Source of the DNA: Clostridia bacterium
GTDB taxonomy: Bacteria > Bacillota > Clostridia > Oscillospirales > CAG-272
Direction: 5' to 3'
DNA: 64,000 bases
NCBI GenBank assembly: GCA_017937135.1
Contig: JAGBEE010000003.1
Location: forward strand, 8,637-72,636
Shown here: positions 1 to 7,972 of the stretch, in pieces
Position numbering within the stretch: position 1 is the stretch's first letter
Layout of the letters: each line of letters begins with the position of its first letter
Notes under the pieces: model-generated
Databases searched by the model: none
The model's input: only the letters and a program-made list of their open reading frames with translations
Told to the model about the DNA's origin: nothing
Translations under genes and position numbers: made by a program

Positions 1-94
1 CAAATGCAGTCCATTATTAGTATACCATAGTATTTCATAAATGTCAACATAAAGTTTTATAATAGTATTGTAAAATTTGACTTAGAGGTGTTTT

Positions 95-385
95 ATGATA
101 CTTATACTAAATGAAAACATAAAAAGACTTCGATTGGCGCGAGGACTAAACCAAGTTGAGTTTGCGAAAGCTATGGGTGTTTCCAAGCAATGCATTTCAA
201 ACTGGGAAAATGATAATGTTATGCCGTCAATCGAAATGCTTGTGAAAATCGCAGACTTTTTTAATGTATCAACCGACTATGTTCTTGGAAGAAATGAAAA
301 AACATATATTGATGTTAGTGGTTTGACAGACGAACAGATTAGCCATATCTCGTTAATTGTCAGCGATATGTCAAAGCTTAATTAA
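95..385 (+). CDS. XRE-family helix-turn-helix transcriptional regulator
   Basis: 96-aa ORF with an N-terminal HTH_3-type motif (LARGLNQVEFAKAMGVSKQCISNWENDNVMPSIEMLVKIADFFNVSTDYVLG). GAGGTG lies just upstream of the ATG. Confidence 0.85.
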   Translation: MILILNENIKRLRLARGLNQVEFAKAMGVSKQCISNWENDNVMPSIEMLVKIADFFNVSTDYVLGRNEKTYIDVSGLTDEQISHISLIVSDMSKLN

Positions 386-574
386 ATGTCGTTAAATTCA
401 AAAACCGTAAGTACTTTGTAAAAATATCTTTTTACAACCCTTTCACAGAAAAAACTAAGTTGAACTATCAAGTGAAGTTTTTTGTTCAAATTAGCTACTA
501 CCAACGCACTCAAAAATGTATCGCAAATAAAACTATGCAAATTGAATAATTATCGCGATTTTGCGCTATAACGA

Positions 575-607
575 AAGCAGGCTTAAAAAGGCTTGCTTTT
601 TCATTTT
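575..607 (+). terminator. Rho-independent terminator-like hairpin
   Basis: 8-bp stem AAGCAGGC/GCTTGCTT (one G:U) with an 8-nt loop, followed by TTTCATTTT. Confidence 0.5.
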
Positions 608-642
608 GTCAAACAATGTCGCTTAAAAAACGTGTCGTTTAG

Positions 643-671
643 TTGACAAAATCATTATATTATGATAATAT
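643..671 (+). promoter_or_regulatory. SigA-type promoter for the 723..2204 lipoprotein gene
   Basis: TTGACA (643-648), 17-nt spacer, TAATAT (666-671). Two TGTCG(C/T)TT motifs directly abut the -35. Confidence 0.5.
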
Positions 672-722
672 AAATACAGGGAAAGAATCAAAACCCAAAA
701 ATAAAGAAACGAGGTAAAGATT

Positions 723-2204
723 ATGAAAAAATTACTAACATTGATGCTTCTTATATGCGTGCTCGTTTCAACCTTTATCTTGGCATCGTGCTCTGGTGTC
801 AGCGTAGAGGCTGTAAAGGAAGACCCAGCATCAGCAATTACAGAGGCAACAGCTAATGCTACTACAGGCATTTTCGCTGATGAAACAAATACAGGCAAAG
901 CAGTTATGGAAGCACTTAACAAGGGTGCAATTGTTCTCGAGGTAGAGGGCAAGGACATTCTTGGAGAGGGTAACAAGATTACACAGACAATCTATATTGA
1001 TTCTGAAAACGGAAAATATGCTTCCGACACTAACGTAAAAATGGGCGAGGATGTAATAAGTGCGCTCGTTTACTTAGGACAAAACAAGCTTGCTATCAAC
1101 TCAAACGCTCTTTTAGGAAGCGATGTAACATATTTGATTGACATCACTACATTTATGGAAAAGTTCGCAGATAGCGAGCTTGCTACACTTTTTGAGCTTA
1201 GCGAGAATGATAAGGCAGAGCTTGAGGAAGCATTTGCTCAAATCAAGGATGCTCTTAATAAAGCACCCACAGATGTTCAAGTATCAGAGGATGAAATTTA
1301 CGCACTTCTTAATCAGACAGTAACCGAGGAAACACTCAAGGTTGGTGAGGATGAAATTGACTGCATTGTTATTTCATACACCTTAGATATGACTACACTT
1401 AAAAGCATTATAGCTAAGTATATCGAGGCTTCAGGATACACAGAACAGGAATTAGCTGAGATTAAAAAGAGCTTAGATGACACATTTAAAAAGCTTGAGG
1501 CTGCAGCAAAGATAGAGGTAACAGACAAGACCTATATCAATAAGAGCGAAAACAAGCTTTACAAAACAACAGCTCTTGTAACAATTGAGCCAAATGAAAA
1601 TAGCTCACTCGCACAATATGGAATTAAGGATAAGATTTCCATAAATTTAGAAACAGTATATGGCGAAAATGATGTTGTTCTTACAATGAAGCTTGGTGGA
1701 CTTGGTGGGCTTCTTGGTGGAGTAGCACCTGCGGCAACAGCGCCAAGTGCAAATATGGAATTAACAGCAGTAGTAGCACTTACAAAGAACGTTACAGATA
1801 AAGCGGTTGTATATGATTTAAGCGCAACCTTTAAGATGCCATCAGTTGAAATGGAGCTTTGTAGCTTAAAATACACATACACCAAGGAAAGTGGCGATTT
1901 TGAAATAGAGGCAGAGCTCAATCAATTGCTTATGGGTACAGAAAAGCCATTCAAGGCTACTGTGGGTGGTAAAATAACATCAAGCGCAAGCGAGGCTAAG
2001 TATCAGCTCACCTCAATCAAATATGGTGAAAAAACATATACCTTTAATATCGCACTTACCTTTAAGTCAGTTGATAAAATTCCTGAAATTCCTGCTGATG
2101 CAAAGGACATAGTTGACCTTACAATAAAGGACATTGAGGACTTTATGACAGCATTCCAAAAAACTCCACTTTATGCAATAATAGCTGAAAATATGGAAAA
2201 ATAA
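723..2204 (+). CDS. Putative lipoprotein of unknown function
   Basis: 493 aa. Signal peptide with lipobox (FILASC). Hydrophilic mature part rich in E/K/T. RBS GAGGTAAAG upstream. Confidence 0.8.
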   Translation: MKKLLTLMLLICVLVSTFILASCSGVSVEAVKEDPASAITEATANATTGIFADETNTGKAVMEALNKGAIVLEVEGKDILGEGNKITQTIYIDSENGKYASDTNVKMGEDVISALVYLGQNKLAINSNALLGSDVTYLIDITTFMEKFADSELATLFELSENDKAELEEAFAQIKDALNKAPTDVQVSEDEIYALLNQTVTEETLKVGEDEIDCIVISYTLDMTTLKSIIAKYIEASGYTEQELAEIKKSLDDTFKKLEAAAKIEVTDKTYINKSENKLYKTTALVTIEPNENSSLAQYGIKDKISINLETVYGENDVVLTMKLGGLGGLLGGVAPAATAPSANMELTAVVALTKNVTDKAVVYDLSATFKMPSVEMELCSLKYTYTKESGDFEIEAELNQLLMGTEKPFKATVGGKITSSASEAKYQLTSIKYGEKTYTFNIALTFKSVDKIPEIPADAKDIVDLTIKDIEDFMTAFQKTPLYAIIAENMEK

Positions 2205-2205
2205 A

Positions 2206-2241
2206 TAAAAAAGTGTGTCCCTCGGGACACACTTTTTTTTT
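2206..2241. terminator. Bidirectional rho-independent terminator
   Basis: Perfect inverted repeat AAGTGTGTCCC/GGGACACACTT flanked by an A-run and a 9-T run. It sits between convergent genes. Confidence 0.85.
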
Positions 2242-2246
2242 ACTCA

Positions 2247-2999
2247 CTATCCTAACAAGGCATCGCACACAAGCATAAGGCAAAAGCCGACAAGCAGAGC
2301 ATAGGTTGCGCCACGCTCACTACCGTGGGCGTGTGTTTCGGGAATCATTTCATCACTTATGACGTAGAGCATAGTGCCGCCTGCAAAGGCAAGTGCAAAG
2401 GGCAAAATTGCCGAGGCTATGCTTACTGCAAAATAGCCTATTAACGTTCCAACAACCTCGATAAGCCCTGTTATAGAAGCAATGACAAGCGTCTTTTTTT
2501 TGCTGACTCCTGCTGAGAGCATTGGCGCAATAATTACCATTCCCTCTGGAATATTTTGTAGAGCAATACCGCCTGCAATAAATAGAGCCTGAGAGCTATT
2601 TCCTGTGCCAAAGCTCACTCCTGCTGCAATTCCCTCTGGCAGATTATGAATAGCGATAGCAGTTACAAATAGGAGCACCTTGCTTAAATTTGTGCTTTTG
2701 TGTGGCTCAATGTCCTCGCCAACCATTTTGTGAAGGTGAGGGACTAATTTATCTATAAGATTAAGGCAAATTGCGCCTACAAAAATTCCTGCAATAGTAA
2801 TTATTATACCATATTTGCCACCGTACTCCAAGGATGGCACAATAAGTCCTAAAACAGCAGCACAGAGCATAACCCCTGCAGCAAAAGAAAGAACAATATC
2901 GGAAAATTTATGCGACAGATTTTTAAATGCAAAGCCGATAAGCGCGCCAATAATAGTTGCCCCACCAACTCCAAGCGCAGTCAATAAAACAATCTCCAT
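2247..2999 (-). CDS. ZIP-family divalent metal (zinc) transporter
   Basis: 250-aa polytopic membrane protein with the ZIP signatures HNLPEGIAAG and LQNIPEGM and a His-rich loop (HLHKMVGEDIEPH). Confidence 0.85.
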   Translation of the reverse strand: MEIVLLTALGVGGATIIGALIGFAFKNLSHKFSDIVLSFAAGVMLCAAVLGLIVPSLEYGGKYGIIITIAGIFVGAICLNLIDKLVPHLHKMVGEDIEPHKSTNLSKVLLFVTAIAIHNLPEGIAAGVSFGTGNSSQALFIAGGIALQNIPEGMVIIAPMLSAGVSKKKTLVIASITGLIEVVGTLIGYFAVSIASAILPFALAFAGGTMLYVISDEMIPETHAHGSERGATYALLVGFCLMLVCDALLG

Positions 3000-3107
3000 A
3001 AAATCCCCCTTTTCCTTTGTTTTCTTTATTGTACCATAAAAATTGACTTATTAAAATAGCAAAATAAAAAAATATACCTCATAGGGGTATAAATACTCAA
3101 TGAAAAA

Positions 3108-3137
3108 TAAAAAGTGTCTTTCAAAGACACTTTTTTA
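3108..3137 (-). terminator. Rho-independent terminator after trxB
   Basis: Hairpin AAGTGTCTTT-CAA-AGACACTT flanked by A/T runs, immediately 3' of the trxB stop. Confidence 0.8.
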
Positions 3138-3139
3138 AT

Positions 3140-4033
3140 TTATTTTTGCTCATCAACAAAGTCGCAAGCAGCCAAGGCGGCAGTTGCGCCGTCTGCACAA
3201 GCAGTTACTACTTGACGTATTTTCTTCGAGCGACAGTCACCTGCTACAAAAATGCCCTTTTTATTTGTTAAGCATTTTTCGTCAGCATCAACGTATCCAT
3301 AGCTATTTAGATTTATTAAATCCTTAAAGATTTCATTTTGAGGAACAAGTCCAACAGCTACAAACATACCATCAAGCTCTAAGGTTTTATCGTCATTTAC
3401 AACTATTCCTGTTAGCTCGTTTTCGCCAAGGAGCTTAGTTACCTTAGCGCCGAGGATAATTTCAACATTATTTTTTGCTTCAAGCATATTAACAAGCTTC
3501 TTTTCGCCTGTAAAATAATCAAGATTTTGTACAACATAAACCTTTTTGCAAAGCTCGGTAAGCATAAGCGCCTCTTGCAACGCGGAGTTGCCACCACCAA
3601 TTACTGCAACGGTTTTGTTTTCGTAAAACGCGCCATCGCAAACAGCGCAGAAGGAAATACCATTTCCAATTAAATTTTCCTCGTTTTCAAGACCTAACAA
3701 GCGATGCTTTGCACCTGTTGCGATAATAACGCTTTTACCCTCAAAATTACCACTATCGGTTACTACCGTTTTAATATCGCCATCAGTTATACTAAGAACC
3801 TCGGTGCACTCAACGTCAGCGCCCTGCTCCATAACCTGTTCAACCATTTTCTCGGCAAATTCATTACCCGAGAGGGAAACAAAGCCTGGAATATTTTCAA
3901 CGTTTGGAGAGTAGGTAATTTGCCCACCAAAGGTAGCCTTTTCAATAACCAACACGGTTTTATTAGCCCTACGAGCATATAGGGCGGCGGTAAGCCCACC
4001 AGGGCCACCGCCAACAACTATAATATCATACAT
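3140..4033 (-). CDS. trxB: Thioredoxin-disulfide reductase
   Basis: FAD motif DIIVVGGGPGG, redox-active CAVCDG, NADPH motif GGGNSA. The ATG at 4033 (AGGTG 9 nt upstream) is preferred over the GTG at 4045. It starts 4 nt after the nrdD stop. Confidence 0.9.
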   Translation of the reverse strand: MYDIIVVGGGPGGLTAALYARRANKTVLVIEKATFGGQITYSPNVENIPGFVSLSGNEFAEKMVEQVMEQGADVECTEVLSITDGDIKTVVTDSGNFEGKSVIIATGAKHRLLGLENEENLIGNGISFCAVCDGAFYENKTVAVIGGGNSALQEALMLTELCKKVYVVQNLDYFTGEKKLVNMLEAKNNVEIILGAKVTKLLGENELTGIVVNDDKTLELDGMFVAVGLVPQNEIFKDLINLNSYGYVDADEKCLTNKKGIFVAGDCRSKKIRQVVTACADGATAALAACDFVDEQK

Positions 4034-4037
4034 ATTT

Positions 4038-6410
4038 TTATGCACCTAAATATTTTTTAATATCAGAAACGCCTGTGTATTTATTAGCTTGTCCGTTTTT
4101 AACAACTACAAGTGTAGGAGCCTGCTTAATAGAGAACTCCTCTACCAAATCAGCGTGCTCATTTGCTAAGAGCTTTTCATACTTAACGCCTGCCTTGTCA
4201 AGGAAGGAGCAAGCAATTTTACAGTTAGGGCAGGTTGCAGTTGTGAAAAGATAGATAGCATCATTATTTGCTTCTACCTCGCAAGCGCAAGCTTCCTCCT
4301 TTGCCTCAGGTGGTCTGCCATCGCGTGTAAGCTTAGATGTTTCAATGTTGTAAACAAGTCTGTCCTTGTATTCTTGGCTCTTACCATCGTTCCAGTTTTG
4401 AACAGGACGGTAGTAGCCTGTAATACGGCTATATACCTCAGTTCTTGAGCCACACTCAGGACAATGATACTCCTCGCCTGCGATATATCCGTGATTTTTA
4501 CATACAGAATATGTCGGGGAAAGAGTATAGTAAGGCAAACGATAGTTTTCTGCAATTTTTCTTACGAGATTTGCAGCAGCCTTCCAGCTTGGCAATTTCT
4601 CGCCAAGGAATGCGTGGAATACTGTACCTGATGTGTAAAGTGTTTGGAGCTCGTCTTGAATATCAAGAGCTGTAAAGATATCCTCTGTGTAGCCAACAGG
4701 CAAGTGTGAGGAGTTGGTGTAGTAAGGAGTATCGTCCTCTGTCTTTGCAGCAGTGATGATGTCGGGATAGTGCTTCTTGTCGTGCTTAGCAAGACGGAAC
4801 GAGGTTGATTCAGCAGGAGTAGCCTCAAGGTTGTAAAGGTCGCCATATTTTTCTTGATAGTCGGAAAGACGCTCTCTCATATGGTTAAGAACATCCTGTG
4901 TGAATTTTTGAGCCTTTTCGTTTGTAAGGTCCTTTTTAATCCAGCTTGCGTTCAAGCACGCCTCGTTCATACCAACAAGACCAATTGTTGAGAAGTGGTT
5001 ATTGAATGTACCAAGGTATCTCTTTGTGTATGGGTAAAGTCCTGAATCAAGGAGCTTTGTTATAACTGTACGCTTAACCTTAAGTGAACGGGCAGAAATG
5101 TCCATAAGTCTGTCAAGACGATTATAGAAGTCCTTTTCGTCCTTTGCAAGATAAGCAATTCTTGGCATATTGATGGTAACAACACCAACTGAGCCTGTAG
5201 ATTCACCACTACCGAAGAAGCCACCGGACTTCTTTCTAAGCTCACGAAGGTCGAGTCTCAAACGACAGCACATGGAACGAACGTCGCTTGGCTCCATATC
5301 ACTATTGATATAGTTAGAGAAGTAAGGAGTACCGTATTTTGAGGTCATCTCGAAAAGAAGCTTGTTGTTTTCTGTTTCTGACCAGTCAAAATTGCGAGTA
5401 ATTGAATAGGTTGGAATAGGATATTGGAAGCCTCTGCCATTAGCATCGCCCTCAATCATAACCTCGATAAATGCCTTATTTACCATATCCATTTCCTTTT
5501 GGCAGTCCTTGTACTTGAAGTCAACCTCTTTACCACCAATAATACAGTTAAGCTCAGCTAAGTCGTTAGGAACAACCCAGTCAAGAGTGATGTTTGAGAA
5601 TGGAGCCTGTGTACCCCAACGAGATGGAGTATTAACACCATAAATAAAGGACTCAATGCATTTTTTAACCTGTCCATAGGAAAGGTTGTCAATTTTTACA
5701 AATGGAGCAAGATATGTGTCGAATGATGAGAACGCCTGAGCGCCTGCCCATTCGTTTTGCATAATGCCAAGGAAGTTAACCATTTGGTTGCAAAGTGTAG
5801 CTAAGTGCTTAGCAGGAGCAGATGTAATCTTACCTGTAACTCCACCCAAGCCCTCTTGAATTAGCTGCTTAAGTGACCAACCAGCACAATAGCCTGTGAG
5901 CATTGAAAGGTCGTGGATATGAATGTCAGCGTTTCTATGAGCATTTCCGATTTCATCATCGTAAATCTCGGAAAGCCAGTAGTTTGCTGTTACAGCGCCG
6001 GAGTTGGAAAGAATAAGACCACCAACAGAGTAGGTAACGGTTGAGTTTTCCTTAACTCTCCAGTCGTTAATGTCAAGGTAGTTATCTACAATAGCCTTGT
6101 AGTCAACCATTGTTGCGCTCAAATTACGAATTTTTTCTCTTTGGCGACGGTAAATGATGTAAGCCTTAGCAACATCATCATAGCCAGCCTTAATAAGAAC
6201 AGATTCAACACTGTCCTGAATGTGCTCAACGGAAATCTTTCCGTCCTCAATTTTTGGCTCGAATTCTGCAGTTACCTTAAGTGCCAAGAAGTCGATAATA
6301 TCTTGGTTAAATTGCTTTTGACAAGCATCAAATGCTTGTGTGATGGCATCGCTGATTTTTTTAATGTTAAAATCAACAATCTTGCCGTCTCTTTTTACTA
6401 CTGTGTACAT
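4038..6410 (-). CDS. nrdD: Anaerobic (class III) ribonucleoside-triphosphate reductase with a C-terminal glutaredoxin/NrdH-like domain
   Basis: N-terminal ATP-cone (MYTVVKRDGKIVDFNIKKI), Zn-ribbon CKNHGY...CPECG, glycyl-radical motif SRITGYYRPV. A ~100-aa extension follows with CPNC and a thioredoxin-fold pattern (QAPTLVVV). Start moved to the ATG at 6410, which has AAGGAG 8 nt upstream. Confidence 0.92.
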   Translation of the reverse strand: MYTVVKRDGKIVDFNIKKISDAITQAFDACQKQFNQDIIDFLALKVTAEFEPKIEDGKISVEHIQDSVESVLIKAGYDDVAKAYIIYRRQREKIRNLSATMVDYKAIVDNYLDINDWRVKENSTVTYSVGGLILSNSGAVTANYWLSEIYDDEIGNAHRNADIHIHDLSMLTGYCAGWSLKQLIQEGLGGVTGKITSAPAKHLATLCNQMVNFLGIMQNEWAGAQAFSSFDTYLAPFVKIDNLSYGQVKKCIESFIYGVNTPSRWGTQAPFSNITLDWVVPNDLAELNCIIGGKEVDFKYKDCQKEMDMVNKAFIEVMIEGDANGRGFQYPIPTYSITRNFDWSETENNKLLFEMTSKYGTPYFSNYINSDMEPSDVRSMCCRLRLDLRELRKKSGGFFGSGESTGSVGVVTINMPRIAYLAKDEKDFYNRLDRLMDISARSLKVKRTVITKLLDSGLYPYTKRYLGTFNNHFSTIGLVGMNEACLNASWIKKDLTNEKAQKFTQDVLNHMRERLSDYQEKYGDLYNLEATPAESTSFRLAKHDKKHYPDIITAAKTEDDTPYYTNSSHLPVGYTEDIFTALDIQDELQTLYTSGTVFHAFLGEKLPSWKAAANLVRKIAENYRLPYYTLSPTYSVCKNHGYIAGEEYHCPECGSRTEVYSRITGYYRPVQNWNDGKSQEYKDRLVYNIETSKLTRDGRPPEAKEEACACEVEANNDAIYLFTTATCPNCKIACSFLDKAGVKYEKLLANEHADLVEEFSIKQAPTLVVVKNGQANKYTGVSDIKKYLGA

Positions 6411-6543
6411 TGTGAAATCTCCTTTTCTGTCAATTTTTTGGCGCACATCTTTTGTATTTCACTAAAGAAGCGCGCCGTATGCTCAAAAATATAAAATGTG
6501 GTATAAAATCACCCCTTATTTTGTGGGGGAGTGATACTATTAT

Positions 6544-6559
6544 ACCACATATATAGTGT
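6544..6559 (-). promoter_or_regulatory. Candidate NrdR box upstream of nrdD
   Basis: ACCACATATATAGTGT. The right half matches the NrdR consensus half-site TATAGTGT and the left half is offset by 1 nt. A weaker AT-rich candidate (CATTATATATATTG, 7311-7324) lies upstream of nrdG. Confidence 0.4.
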
Positions 6560-6597
6560 TAAGTCAACATGTATTTTAACAATATCTTGTGTTTTTG

Positions 6598-7290
6598 TCA
6601 AATTCCGCGAATTTCGGCATTTGGCACAAATTGGGTGGCGATTTCACCCATTTTTTTGAGTTTTTCGGGGCAAATGGCACAAAGACCACTTGAAATAATG
6701 TCGCCTGAGTCAACAAAATTCTGCAAATAATATTTTTTTGCGCCCCAAATAACCTTGCATATATTTTCTATATCCTCCTCGGTGTGAAATTGGCTTACAA
6801 TTGTCGTTCTAAATTCATAATCTATTTTGCCCGAAAGAAGATAATTTATGCTTCTTTTTAATGGCTCAATATCAAGATTTTCTATTCCTGTGGTGAGTGG
6901 GTATTTTTCAAACGAATTTTTTATATCCATAGCGACATAATCAACAAGACCGTTTTCGATAAGATCTATCATTTTTTCAGGGAAAAAGCCATTTGTGTCA
7001 AGCTTGATAGAGTAGCCAAGAGCCTTAACCCTTTTTAGAAAATCAGTAAGGTTATCTCTTAAAAGAGGTTCACCACCTGTAATAACAACGCCCTCTAAAA
7101 TTCCCTGACGCTTTTTTAGGTACGAAATAATCTCGTCCTCGGCAATTGTATATTCATTATCTATATGTGTAACTAATGATGCATTATGGCAAAAGGGACA
7201 GCGTAAATTGCATCCGCCAAGAAATAAAATACATGCCACCTTACCTGGAAAATCAAGCAGAGTGAGCTTTTGAAAACCGTTAAATACCAT
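6598..7290 (-). CDS. nrdG: Anaerobic ribonucleotide reductase activating protein (radical SAM)
   Basis: 230 aa with radical-SAM cluster motif CNLRCPFCHN and the glycine-rich SAM motif GVVITGGEPL. RBS AAGGAG. Confidence 0.9.
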   Translation of the reverse strand: MVFNGFQKLTLLDFPGKVACILFLGGCNLRCPFCHNASLVTHIDNEYTIAEDEIISYLKKRQGILEGVVITGGEPLLRDNLTDFLKRVKALGYSIKLDTNGFFPEKMIDLIENGLVDYVAMDIKNSFEKYPLTTGIENLDIEPLKRSINYLLSGKIDYEFRTTIVSQFHTEEDIENICKVIWGAKKYYLQNFVDSGDIISSGLCAICPEKLKKMGEIATQFVPNAEIRGI

Positions 7291-7474
7291 AACATCTCCT
7301 TAAAAAACTTCATTATATATATTGTAGCATATAAGGGAGCGAAAAACAACAAGTAAAAATTAAGGTAAAAAAATTTAACAATTTAAAAAAATATGTGTAC
7401 ATTTATTATTTTTTATGTTAAAATAAATATAGGTCAAGAAACCTTGGCTGAATCTAATTTTGGAGGTACAAAAA

Positions 7475-7699
7475 ATGACTTGGTTCAATAAGCAAAGCCG
7501 TCTTGTACAAATTCTTCTTCTTTTGATTCCTGTTGTAAACTGGATTACAGAAATTGTTGTAAGATGGACCACATTCCTTAAAAAGCCCGGACTTATAAGA
7601 CTTATCGTATGTATTATCGTAACAGTTGGTGGTGGCTTTATATTTGGTTGGCTTGACCTTATCTGGATATTACTATTTAAACACTTCTTCCTTCAATAA
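7475..7699 (+). CDS. Small two-TM membrane protein, unknown function
   Basis: 74 aa from the ATG at 7475 (GGAGG 8 nt upstream; the TTG at 7460 is rejected). Two hydrophobic helices. Followed by a strong terminator. Confidence 0.55.
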   Translation: MTWFNKQSRLVQILLLLIPVVNWITEIVVRWTTFLKKPGLIRLIVCIIVTVGGGFIFGWLDLIWILLFKHFFLQ

Positions 7700-7707
7700 A
7701 TACATAA

Positions 7708-7740
7708 GGGGCTGTCGCATTAAGCGACGCCCCTTTTTTT
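7708..7740. terminator. Bidirectional terminator (outer hairpin of the left repeat)
   Basis: GGGGCTGTCGC-ATTAA-GCGACGCCCC followed by 8 T. It terminates the 7475..7699 gene on the + strand. Confidence 0.8.
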
Positions 7741-7834
7741 GGGGATAGTGAAATATGTGCAGAAGGGGTGAACTCGTACACGTAGGCGTACTTCGTACGG
7801 TAGAGTGCGAGGTCGCGCCTAAAAAACAGATGTT

Positions 7835-7871
7835 AAAATGAAGAGAGCTTGCAACAAAACCACAAGCTCTC
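7835..7871 (-). terminator. Inner terminator-like hairpin of the left repeat
   Basis: On the minus strand: GAGAGCTTGT...GCAAGCTCTC (one G:U) followed by TTCATTTT. Confidence 0.5.
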
Positions 7872-7972
7872 AACCTTTAAATTTTACTAAAATAAATGTT
7901 TATACTTAATTTCAAGAGGGAATGTGTCCTTATTTGGTCTGTGCTTATTGCAACATCCCCTTTTTGCTTGTA

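Larger units (their letters stand above)
7703..7965 (-). repeat. Left copy of a ~263-bp inverted repeat (multi-hairpin 3' module)
   Basis: Reverse complement aligns by eye with 19597-19859 at roughly 9 of 10 positions. It begins 7 nt after the stop of the minus-strand gene 7973..9934. Confidence 0.9.

Noticed and set aside
3000-3107. Zur box upstream of the ZIP transporter gene.
   Set aside because: No TCGTAAT-N-ATTACGA-like palindrome is present. Only a short TATACC-N7-GGTATA inverted repeat was seen, which is too weak to call.
4274-6494. Several 60-117-aa ORFs on both strands within nrdD (for example 4274..4555, 4562..4846 and 6141..6494).
   Set aside because: All are nested in or antisense to the strongly supported nrdD frame and show no motifs or ribosome-binding sites.
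7673-7873. ORFs inside the inverted repeats (7673..7873 on the minus strand and 19647..19901 on the plus strand) that encode similar peptides (RACGFVASSLHFN.CFLGATSHSTVRSTPTCT).
   Set aside because: The peptide similarity follows from the ~90% nucleotide identity of the repeats. The ORFs run through terminator hairpins, lack an RBS, and have Cys/Ser/Thr-rich composition typical of non-coding read-through.
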